A program made the position numbers and the translations under genes. A DNA stretch of 63,956 nucleotides, filler included, from Raillietiella orientalis (Eukaryota): the NCBI GenBank assembly GCA_036172245.1. It is 3 parts of 3 records of this genome, joined end to end, with 100 filler letters (N's around TTAATTAATTAA, not from the genome) between each part and the next. Parts side by side here need not be neighbours in the genome. Positions count along the whole stretch, not along the records: positions 27,858 to 54,998 come from JAYWIR010000213.1; 2 more parts are not named here. The stretch is one strand, 5' to 3'. Shown piece after piece: positions 40,801-51,319 of the stretch (position 1 is its first letter; every line of letters starts with the position of its first letter). The notes under the pieces were generated by a model. It did not search any database. It was not told where the DNA came from and worked only from the letters and a program-made list of their open reading frames with translations.

Positions 40801-41474
40801 CCTTAAAAAGGTCCCAGTCACCGAGATTCCGGAGGGTGACGCCTCTCAGGAATTAGCGAAGGTGTTCGTTCGCACCTGAGAGTCGCGTCCATTCCCCAAG
40901 CAGCCGCCACGCCTTGGAAAGGGGTCCCTTGTCGCGCAGGATACCTCGATAATTAGCCGGGAATGGTCCGACAGCGTCGACGCAAGTCTCCCCCGAGTGC
41001 CGAACCCGTGGACACAGGTCAGCATGCAGCAAAAAATGATCGATGCTGATAGCCATTCCCGGGAGCTTCATCAACAAGTTGCGCGTGCGCATGACAGCGC
41101 ACAACTTGTTGGCCGTCCGTTCCTGTGCGTGGGCATCAACTGAGAGCAGGCGCAGTTTCAAATCGCCAGCAATTAGGTGCGTCCTGTGGAAGTTCGCTTC
41201 CAATTGCCAGTCGCGCCTCAGAGTTTCCAGGAACGGCTTTCGTTCCTGGTACCTGAAAGGACCGCTCGCAGCGTACACATTTGTTACGACGAGGTCGATT
41301 GCGTCGTACAATCTGAGAATCAGCTGGCGGACACGACCGGCTTTGTCGAAGCGCACGCCCTTCACGGCTGCGTCGACCGCCGGCTTCACGAAGAACGCGA
41401 CATCACAGGTTTTGCGGGAGCCCTATTGCCACACTAGCCGCCCTCCTGCGATCCTTTCGATCTCCTGCGTTCGC
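37834..41474 (-). mobile_element. Family Z2 full-length copy, 3' part: most of ORF2 and 3' UTR (disrupted; YADD mutated to YADE)
   Basis: TNVYA, AGDL, SIDH, KAPGEDG, NWRPITIVN, QGDSRSP, YADE (about 39630), YLGVPL, CFRCE..H...C; stop at 38040, AATAAA at 37863-37858. Confidence 0.92.
41460..41474. repeat. Target-site duplication of Y copy 2 (partner at 48453-48469)
   Basis: ATCTCCTG--CGTTCGC vs ATCTCCTGGGCGTTCTC; the host APE sequence rejoins across it. Confidence 0.8.
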
Positions 41475-42831
41475 ACAGTGCAGACGTCTTTTCGCGTCTC
41501 TCCGCGTCCTCGATCGAGCATCTTTGTGCTTGCATTTTCGCTCGCACTTGTGCGTTCCTTGGAAGTAAACGACGAAGCGTTTTGCAGCATGGCCCTTCTG
41601 GGAATGGTGTGAAGGAGAAAATCGTTGAATCCAATTCAATAGGAATAAAAGCGCCGCATCCACCGTGACAATTTCCTCGCCTTCGGTGAGGAGCTACACC
41701 GCCGACACCTCCCAGGAAGCAGGACCCTGCGATGCGGAGTTGCAGGCTTATGTGACATCCGGCTACATGTCCGCACTCCGTTATAAGGTCAGTGGGTTCC
41801 TTAACGGGAGGACCGGGCTTGAGCTCAACGACGAGCTCGTCCGGATCGGCGTTCGGGAGGAGGAGCTTCTTGCCATCATGCCTACGGGCAGGATGGAATA
41901 AACCAAGATACGGTTTAAGGACGCGGCACTTGTGCAGCGTCTTTTCCGTACTCCGTTGTCCATCGGTGGCAGGGAAGTCCTGCCTTTCGTGATGGACGAC
42001 TCGTTTGTCGTCCAATTGTGCGACATCGAGCCGGAAATCTCCGACCGCGATGTCGTAAGTGTGCTGGCAGAGTTCGCCACCGTGCACGCTCTGTGGAGGA
42101 GGCCAAATCCTCTGAAGGATTTCCCCTCTGTCCACATTGGACAAGCCTCCGCGCGGATCACCGTCGCGAACAGGCGTGTTGTGCACGAGCAGCTGCAGGT
42201 GAACGCACGGTCGTTCACCTGTGATTTCTAGGACAGACTCGCGCGTGCGAGCAGTGCGGCAAGGAGGGACACCGAATAAAGGAATGTCCCACCCGGAAAT
42301 GCCGCTATTGCAAAGAAACCGGGCACGAAATAAAAAAGTGCCCGGTCCTTGCAAAGAAAAAGGCAGCAGCGGAAGTTCGTCGCGTTCAAGACACGAACCC
42401 ACGAAAGGCCGCTGCCCGCAAGAAAAAGCAGTGTCTGCGGAGTCTCGGCATAAGAGCCAGGCAATACGCGACAATACAAAAGGCGTCCTCACACGCAACG
42501 CCCCAAAAGGGAGAAATCGCGGCGGGGAAGCCAATTAAAAATTGGCGCGAGGGTTCGACGCGTGCCGTGCTTGCCCTCGCTGCCGCACTGGGAAACACCT
42601 CTCCAAGCCAGGAACCGGGAAATATCCGAAGAACCTCGGTAGGAAAGGTAGGTGAGCAAGAAGATCGCCATAAGGCGAAGACTTCCAGCTCCAACCCGCT
42701 ATCCCTGCCCAAACCGGCAAACCCTCAATCCAACGTAGGGATCTCTGCGGCGCCTACGAAACCCGTAGCGAGCCGCGGCGCGCCGCGCAAAAACACGCTG
42801 CACGCAGCCGCCCCTTCACCGATTCTGCAAG
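41475..42831 (+). mobile_element. Family Y copy 2 (full length), 5' part: 5' UTR and ORF1 (disrupted)
   Basis: Starts ACAGTGCAGACGTCTTTTC, ATG at 41589; encodes near-identical peptides to 31319-32182 (MDDSFVVQLCDIEPEISDRD, RRPNPLKDFPSVHIGQASARITV). Confidence 0.9.
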
Positions 42832-43930
42832 TTTCCCGAAGTCCCACAAGGGGTGAAATAAATTTAGTTTTCAAAAATTTTTCTTGAAAAACATTCACAC
42901 TACAGTCTCATTCATACCATTTGAACTGTTTTTATCAATCCGAAGTCCATGGGTTCACAAGTTCCGCACTCATGGTGGGTTTCCTGCTGTTTGGTCCCGA
43001 ACGTCGTCTTCTGCCCTCTTCCGGATGAATCGGTACGTCGAAGCTTAGATTTTCTCACAGTTTCCAGTGCCAATTTTCCTCTTCAGGAGCCCTTGTAGGA
43101 TCTCCATCGGTGGTGCGGCTCTCCTGGCTTTCCTCATTTTCCACCACCGCACAAGTATGGCGGTTATGAAGAGGGCAATGGTCGTCCTCACCATGAGATT
43201 GTAACAGAAAACATTACCATCCCCCTCAAACATCCCCGCGAGGACTTCCATTACGGATCCGTTCGTAAGTCCGATGATCCTTTTCAGGATCAGCCAGTCA
43301 TGCAGCAATGTGGGAAACGTCAAGACGTGGAGTCTCGTGTCGTTGTCTTCACATGCCGTGCAGTCTCAATCTTCCCGTCTTCCGGTATAGTACTGCAATC
43401 GAGACCCACTCAGGATTCCTTCATGATGAAACATCAGGAGATCATCCTGGGTGCCCGGTGGAAGGTCACTTCTCCAGAGCATCGTGCCAATAGCTAGCAA
43501 GTTGATCCAAATACTTCCATAGCGATCGGCGGATTCCTTGAGGGCACTGATGTCACGGTCTTCTTCCCGAACTAATCTTCGGAGGTTTGTTTTGAATACC
43601 CTGGATCACGCGAATTCGTTGTGGTAATGCCACACCTCGCGGGTCATGTGGATAAACCTTGCTAACATCATCTCTATATACCTAAGAATACGAGTGTGAT
43701 GTAGGTACCCTCCTCGTCTCCACTCCTGGATTCGTTGTAGAGTAACACTGGACCGCTGGTGAATCCAGCTTCTCGTGTCCGGCGAGACAGGAAGCATTCA
43801 AGGGATCACCAAGATGGACTTGTCCTGCCAGAGTTCAATACTTCTCTGCACGATCTTGATTCTGTGCTTTCGCACCAGCCGATGCTTTCTGGAACAGCTT
43901 GGGTCGATTTTTATCCATTCGCCTGCTCGG
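42832..43930 (-). mobile_element. Family X copy 2, 5'-truncated (1.1 kb), flanked by a ~20-bp target-site duplication
   Basis: Collinear with about 29849-30952; flanks are CCCTTCACCGATTCTGCAAG (42812-42831) and CCCTTCACCGACTAGGCAAG (43931-43950), 17/20 identical. Confidence 0.92.
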
Positions 43931-46900
43931 CCCTTCACCGACTAGGCAAGAGAGGAGCAATCTCGCGACAGCCAAGAAGGTGACTCCGCTTCCTCCCTTT
44001 AAAGGCGTGGCGAAAGCGACGCCCCTAGCAGCAAAAACTCCGGAAGCTTCCGAGACGAAAGTCGCGAAAGCGTCCAAAAATCGTGACGGAGAATGGAAGG
44101 TTGTGGAGAGGAAAAAAGAAAAATCTCCCAAGAATGCTTCGCAACCTCCATCTGCGAACTCCTTGGAAGCAAAGAACAGCCGCGTGAACAAGAAAACACG
44201 CGCGGAGGGTTCTTCTGCCTAGGAGAAAAAGACAGCGCCGTCAACGCTCGCAAGTCCGCCTCTGTCAACGCCGAGAAGACGATTCCTGTGCGATCGGACG
44301 GATGCAAACGCACGTCGTTTGCGCAAGCATCAGACTCCGTAAAGGAGCCCGATAACGCCCCTCAACGACCAGTTACTCGCGCAGGAGCGAGCGCCCGCAG
44401 GTCTGAACCCTTAGGCGTGACACGCTCGCCGAAGAACGGCGAGTGCTCACCCCGGAACCCACAGCTTCTGCACCTTGGGAGGAGCACTCGATTACGCGCA
44501 GGACGGTGGAGGCCGGTGGCGACCGCGCACTCCAGCCCCTCGTGCTGCTAAAAGCCCGCTCGCCGGATGAGGCGAGCACCACCGCCTCGCTTTCCCAGCC
44601 GTGATGAGGGCAATCGCGTCTACTCGTCGTGTTGTTGTGCCGTGCTGGAACGTCAAAGGTCTCCAACACGACGAGAAGTGGCGATTGTAGCTAACGCTCT
44701 GCGCGCCTTCGACTTTACGCCCCTGCAGGAGATTCACAGCATCTCCGGAGACCAGGCTGCCGAAATCGAACGGCGTGCGGGCGGAATGCTACATTATAGG
44801 TGCGGCGTCGCACTTACGTGTAGCTTCGCTTTCCTCGTACGAGGAACTTTGGCGGGAGCGGTGCGCGGCGTTCGCTTCGACACGGAAGGCCGAGTGGGAC
44901 AGCTTGTACTCAAGTTGTTCGACTCGATCGACCTTGTCGTAACGAACGTGTACGCGCCGAACGGTGCTGGACGAGGGCCGAAAGGATTGAGTTCTTTGGT
45001 ACCGTTCAGAGCCAGTGGCTCACTCGTTCTCACCCTAGTGTGGCGTATGTCATTGCGGGGGACTTTAACGTCCACCTGCTGACCGAGAATAGCGCACACA
45101 AAAGGGAAAAGTTGCTAGTGGAAGAGATGTACGCGTGCGTACACGTGTGTAACTTGTTCGCTAACGACCCTGTTATGGCGACATCACCAGGACATGTATT
45201 ACTTGATGAACACTTGCTCTCTCGAGTGGTTCGGAGAGGTCCCATTCCGTCCGTGCTTTCAGACCACAACAGGCTCGAGTTCGAGTTGCTCCCGCCAGGC
45301 AAGGGGCCTCCAAACTACGTTTGGAGGATACCGGCAGACTGACTAGGGCACCCGGAGGCGGGGTAGCATCTTCTCCAGTACCTTCGCGGCTTCGCCATAA
45401 GTGAGCTCGCTGACTGGGACGATCTGAAAAGATGTGTCCGCGAGTTTTGCTGCCAATTTTCCTTGCACCAGCTTCCGCGCGTCTTTGGAGAGGGTGTAGC
45501 CAACAGAAGAGCTTTTCTGCAGGCCCGCTTCTACTCCAGGCGCGCAAACGTTGGTCGATTATCCAAATACAAGGCCAAGGCTGAGTGCCAGGTCTGGCAG
45601 TCTGGAGCGACAGTTCTGCTCGACGACCAGGACCGAGATCAACGGAACGCAGTCTCTCCGAGCTGCTTCTGCCGATTGATGCACCTTTTGTAGACGAAAA
45701 GAAACGCGCGCGTTTCAATGAGCCCTTCACGGCAGAAGAAATTTCTTCGGCCATCTCGCGGCTCAAGAGACGAAAAGCGCCAGGCGAGGATGGTCTCCCC
45801 GCAGAATTATTGCAGTGCTTTGCGGCGGAGCTCATCCCCCTGGTTCTTCAACTCTCGTCGCTGATGCGAGACGCGGGCGATGTCCCCGCCTTGTTTCGCT
45901 AGGCGAAGGTGCGTCTCCTGCCGAAAGGCGGAGATTTGCGCCAACTGAACAATTGGCGTCCGATCACCTTAGTGAATTCGGACGTCGTGTTGTTCTCGAA
46001 ACTTTGGGTGGCGCGGATGGGGAGTATCGCGGAGTCTTTGGTAAGTCCGGAGCAGACCTACGCTGTTCCTGGGTGGTACATGGACTCGAACCGCTTATTC
46101 ATCCGCACATGGCTGCAATTGCAGCATCGCATAGCGATGGATCGTCGTGCGGAAGCGACGCCTTCGATCTCTCACCCACTGAGGCGCGGGTCGCAAAGGG
46201 AAACCTCGGAAGCCTTGGCGGTTGCAATAGATTTGCACGAAACTTTCGATTGCGTGAACCAAAAGCTTCTTCTTGAGCTCTTGTAACGTCTGGGCCTCTC
46301 GGCATCCCTGTTGGCTTACTTGCGCACCTGCTGGCGACACGCGATTACATCCATTGTTTTCAGTGGCTGTCACGTGTACGGCGTGCCGGTTAGGCGAGGA
46401 ATTAGGCAGGGCGATAGCTTAAGCCCGCTGCTCTTTAGCATCTATTTTGAAATGATGCTGGAGGCTTACAGGGTGACGCTAGCCAACCTGCCGAGCTCCT
46501 GTCCAGGTACGCCGGCCGTGGCAGCCTATGCCGGTGACCTGCTTCTCCTGTTGCCCGTGTCCACCAAGGCGGCGTTGCTTGAAGATTTCTTGAAGTTGAT
46601 CCGTCGAGTTGCGGGCGTGAGCGTCAACAGGAGGGAGAGCATGGTTGTTTCGGTTGGAGCGACGTGGGAGGGACAGTCCGACTGGATGCGCCAGGAGATC
46701 CCAACGGACAGGTACCTAAGGTACCTTGGCGTGCCGTTGGGCGATTTCTGCATCTCAGAAGCGTATTCGGACTGCCTTCGGAAGGCAGAGCATGCACTTG
46801 GCTTGTTCAGAGGAGGCGAGTTCGTCTTGGCGGAACGGGCCAGCATCTGGAACACCTTCGTTGCCCCCCTCCTCCGCTCCCTGTGTTTTGTTTGTCCACA

Positions 46901-48452
46901 CCCCCCAGGAAGTCTAAGTCTTGGCGCAGAGCCTTCTACGCAAAACGTTGTGGGGCGCTGCAAGGTCCCGCGTAACACTTAAAGACTTGGTGGCTCCACG
47001 TCAGGATGTAGGCTTGGGCATCCTAGAATTAAAAATCATCGAGCTGCAAGTGCAGTTTAGAATGCTGCTGCTTTCTGCCAAGCTGTGATGTACGCCGTGG
47101 TGCTTACCCGCACGACTTATACTAAGGAGCTGCACGGGAAGCGAGGGACTGCTATCGTTGCTGTCGCACTTTCGGCACACCAGAATAGGTTTGTCTTCCC
47201 GCTGAGGCAGCTGTCCTCATTGCTGGAAGCCCAATGTTGATCTCCTGCCTCCCCATGAACATTAATTCATGACGGCAGGAATCTTTTTCCATCGTGGGCA
47301 GCTTCCGAAGGAACGTGCCCGGAAGGTCTTCGGCGCATGCGACTTCTCCTTAGTCATCCAATGGACGAAGTCATGCAGGACAAGAAGATGTCGGATCGTC
47401 TGGCCGCCACACCGCTCGCCGCAGCGCTGTCTGCCCTAAGGGCAATCAACGACAGTTGCCTGTTGGCGAAATGGGAGTTATCCAGCACAATAGCGGGAGT
47501 CTGTAAGCTCCTCGGCTGCTAGACGACAAAGTAGCTGGTGGAAACTGCCACTCCTCGTAATCGAGAGAAGGGCTTGCTTCGGTGGAGTGAACATTTAAGT
47601 GTACCCCCCGAAGAGATAGTTGTCCCCCCGTTTGTTTGCACAGCTCCGTGTTCCCCTTAAAGTGGAAACAAGATGTGCTGCTCTTTTTACACTGGGGCTC
47701 TCACTGTAATCGGCAGCGAAGCATCGTTTCCGGGGGAGCTGCTTTGCCAAACTGTTTAAGGTGCGGTGATATCGAGTCTTTTTCGCACCTCTTGATGGAC
47801 TGCGGTGACCTCCGTGAACTGTGGCGAAGGCTAATTTCAGCCATTCTGCCGCAGGGAGGCACTGCCATTGATGTGCTGCGGCGCTTCTTCAGGAGGAATG
47901 GATTTTCGGTAGGCGCGATTGTCGCAACCATGTGTTGCATTCGCGGACTCGTGAAGGCTCGCTACGCCCTGGAGTTGTCAGCGCAGCGAAGGAAGGCTCA
48001 CCGGTTTGCAGCAGAATCCATGAAAAACGCTGCTAGGTGGTCTCATCTTCGTGACGAGGTCAAAAAGACATCGCGGGCATCCACCACCGGTTTACAGGCT
48101 TTTAGGAACTGCTAAATCCCGTTACCACTTCGTCCTGAAGCCCACATATACCCCTTCCCTGCTCGCTTTGCTAAAATACCGGTGCCATTACTATTATAAC
48201 GGTGAGAACCAGAGCGATCCCAAAGACTTTTGTCTCCGCGTCCCCCATTGATTTCATTTTATTTTGTTTTTGTTTGTTTGTTTTCCCAGTTCCCACAAAC
48301 TGATCTGTGTAATTCTGGCCTGCTTGCCAGCAATATTCTTTTAATAGTTGTGCCGTTGTCGGTTGGGGGCATGGTCCCCAACTGGTTTATTTCATATATT
48401 TATTTCTATTGTATTTGTATGAAATAAACGCCCCGGCGTGACCGGGTGAGAA
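43931..48452 (+). mobile_element. Family Y copy 2, 3' part: ORF1 C-terminus, complete but disrupted ORF2, 3' UTR
   Basis: CWNVKGL (about 44644), LQEIH, TNVYAP, AGDFN, SDHN, KAPGEDG, DLHETFD, RQGDSLSP, YAGD (46527), YLGVPL, CLRCG..H...C; stop at 48115, AATAAA at 48423-48428. Confidence 0.92.
48423..48452 (+). terminator. 3'-terminal signal: AATAAA followed by 24 nt containing a CCCGG-loop-CCGGG hairpin (also at 36189-36218 +, 33607-33636 -, 37834-37863 -, 51320-51349 -)
   Basis: Five copies from three families share the motif and spacing; none is followed by a poly(A) tail. Confidence 0.8.
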
Positions 48453-50684
48453 ATCTCCTGGGCGTTCTCTGCGGTGATCACGTCGATATCCTGCAGGAGA
48501 GCCAGGTCGAAGTCACGCGAGGTGGTGGCCGTGTCTCGTCTGTTGCCTTCGTCACGCAGCCCGTTCACGTTCCAACAGGACACGCTTAATTGACCGCGAC
48601 AGGTGAGCAAGGGTGTTACTCCTGGGAAAGTGGCAATGGGGCTCCCGCCACCCGGTCGGGCGGGACGGATGGAGGAATGGGATCACCGCGCACCGGTTCT
48701 CCCTCCTCCATGGGGGCCGATTCTTTTGCGAACCGCAATCGTTGAAGGGGGCGGGTTTCACGCACCTGCTCCCCCTCTTCCATGGGGGCCAATTTGTCGG
48801 CTGCGCTGGACGGCAAGGGGGAAGCGGTTGTCAAATGTCTGCTCCTTCTCTTCCATGGTGATCTCCTCAGGAGGTCCCACCGTTGGAAGAGGGCGGCAAT
48901 TACTTACCTTCTTCCCCTCCTCCTTGGGGGTGCTCAGCTGCTCTGTAGCAAAGGGTGGAAAAATCGCTCTCTACGTTCCCACTCTGCCGGCTTTCCCCTC
49001 GGCTGCCGGTGCTTCCCCCTCCTTCTTCGTCGGGATGCGCCTCTTCGGATTCTTTGACTTCCGTCCAGTCTTTTTCGAAGGCGCCTCCGCGGAGGAGGAC
49101 GCACTCCCGGCATCCAAGTCGTGGTCGCCTGTCGAAAGTGCCCTGGTCGCTGCCGGCCTTCGCAAGAACTTTCGTGCGCCGTTCTCACGCTCCGCGAGTT
49201 CGGCTGGAGCTCTTCTGCCGCCTGTTAGATGGCGGCGTCCTCGATTGCGGCGAGCTCCTCGCTCGGCTCTCCCTCTTTTTGCACTGAGGGTTCACCCTGC
49301 GCGGTCGTGACTTCGTCGTCAACGAGGTGGGGATATCTCTCCGGTGGCGTCTCGGGGACCAACACACGCTCCAAAGCGACCGAACATTCGCGGAGCAACG
49401 CGCGGCGTTGTCTCCTATTTAAGGGAGATGTCGCAGATTCCGGTGTGGTGCCTTCTGTGTTCTTTATTTTTTTCGTTTTAGTCTCCGCCTTATGCCAGCC
49501 CTTGCTCTCTCTATCGTCGTCGCGAGTATCCTTGACCGGCGCTTGCTGCACGGGTTCGGGCACTGGCTGTGGGTTCCGCCTCTCGGGTGTCTCCTTAGGC
49601 TTTTCCGTTCGCATCACGCGTTTCCCTTTGGCTTCATTCAAGGCAGGGGTTGCCCGGGTTTCGGGTTTAGAACACAGCTTCCGCAGGTGTCCCTTTTCGC
49701 CGCAGTAGAAGCACTGGATGTGGGGGCATCTTTTTTTAAGGTGCCCTGTGGCATTCCAGTGTCCACAGTACTTGGGCTTACCCACGTACCAGACGTCGAC
49801 GACCTGGTTGCCGAATTCTAGTTTGTGGGGAAGCCCATCGTTTTCGTTGACGGTCAAACGCGCTGCAGCCATGCGACTGAACAGTCTTCAGTAACTTATG
49901 AAGAAGTTTGGCTTGGTCCATACCGCGTGCAACGTACCGAATTTACTTAATTTCTCCTTCACGCCGGTTTTTGACATGCGGAGGGATACTCCCGTAAGAT
50001 GCGCTCCCACAGAGCGATCCTCGCTTACAGGGAAAACCTTTCTGGCTTCCAGCATGAGAGGGGTATTCAGCAGGCGTTCAGCCAGGCTTGCATCTCTGCA
50101 AGTGAGCTATACCCGCTTGCCCCCACTGAGCACTGAAAGGCGTTCCAGGTCCTCTTCTTTCACGTCTATCCGCTGCAATTCCCTCTCGAAATCGCGGCCG
50201 TTATTTTCAACGAACAGATCTCCTACCTTGTAAATCAAGGAGGGCTTGTATCCTTGTTCCAGGTAGGCGCGCTGTTCTGCTAAGGCTGCAGGAGATGGCG
50301 TTGCAGCCACGGAGCTCTAGGTTTTCGTGGATGAAGCAGACGGATCCAAATACGCGGTTGCCCCCTTTTTCAAGGGGGCACTTGCGGCGTTTTGCACCAA
50401 GGCGGTTGCCCCTTTTTTTCAAGGAATCGGTACCTCTTGTTTCCGGAGGGGTGGTTGCCTCCTTTTTCAAGAAGGTGGTTGCCCTCTCCTCCGTGGGGGC
50501 GGTTGCCCCCACCTATGTGGGTTGGGGAGAGGAATCATCCTCTTCCCCGCCAACTTACATCGCGGTGTCCTCAAGTATTCCTGCCATTTGACACCGGCGA
50601 TGAACCACTCACTAACACACTAAAAAAAAAGAATGAAACTTCGAAAACTCGCTCGGAAGAAGAGCAGAAAAAACACGTGCGCAC
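48453..50684 (-). mobile_element. Family Z2 full-length copy, 5' part: 5' UTR, ORF1 (50587 to 48616, disrupted) and APE N-terminus
   Basis: 5' end GTGCGCACGTGTTTTT; knuckles CGHWNATGHLKKRC (degenerate) and CFYCGEKGHLRKLC; SCWNVNGL..LLQD..ENAQEI, continuing at 41474. Confidence 0.88.
50353..50510 (-). repeat. Degenerate 24-bp (8-codon) tandem repeat in the N-terminus of Z2 ORF1
   Basis: GGCAACC recurs in 24-bp register over about 6.5 units; alternate units end in TTGAAAAA (LKK). Confidence 0.75.
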
Positions 50685-51319
50685 GCTCCCTTTATGCCAG
50701 GGCGCTCCCAGACCACGGTGCCTCTTGGCGCTTGCTTCCGGACGGTGCCCCGGCAATAGGGGAAAAGGAGTCGTTAAGCCTTGACGAGCCTTTTACCACC
50801 CGCGAAATTCTCGCCGCTATCAAAAGGCTCAAAAAACGTAAAGATCCAGGGGAGGACGGCTTGCCCGCGAAGTTCTTTCAGAGCTTCGCGAAAGAGCTGG
50901 CACTCCTGCTGCTTCAGTTGACAAGGTTGAGCCGTGACGAAGGCGATGTTCCCGAGTCGTTTCGGTCAGCCAGAGTGAGAATCCTTCCGAAACGAGGAGG
51001 CATCAGAGACTTCAAGAACAATCGTCCGATCACGATTGTGAACACGGACGCCAAGTTGGTTCCCGGGCTGTGGGCTTCGTGTCTGGGGCAGGTGGCAGAA
51101 TGCATAATTAGCCCGGAGCAGACTTATGCTGTTCCCGGACAAAGCATGGATGCCATCCTCTTCTTTGCAAGCACATGGCTTCACACGCGGAGGAGGTAGA
51201 AAGTAAGGAACGGTGATATTTGCAAAATAACTTAAAGGCGGTCTGTAAGACAGGAAAAGCAATCTAAGGGTTAAAATGGGGCCCTGGCGCTCGCAAACGA
51301 TCTACATAAGGCGTTCGAT
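50685..51319 (+). mobile_element. Element V part 2: linker to RT motif A
   Basis: Resumes at SLYARAL where part 1 stopped (STLY); KDPGEDG, RPITIVNTD; ends at DLHKAFD. The putative TSD is weak (9/12 match). Confidence 0.82.

Noticed and set aside
29849..43930. Large inverted segmental duplication (X-Y-APE at 29.8-33.6 kb mirrored at 43.9-40.2 kb)
   Set aside because: The X copies differ in 5' truncation, one has its own TSD, and the APE hosts are from different families. Repeated targeted insertion explains the mirror image better.
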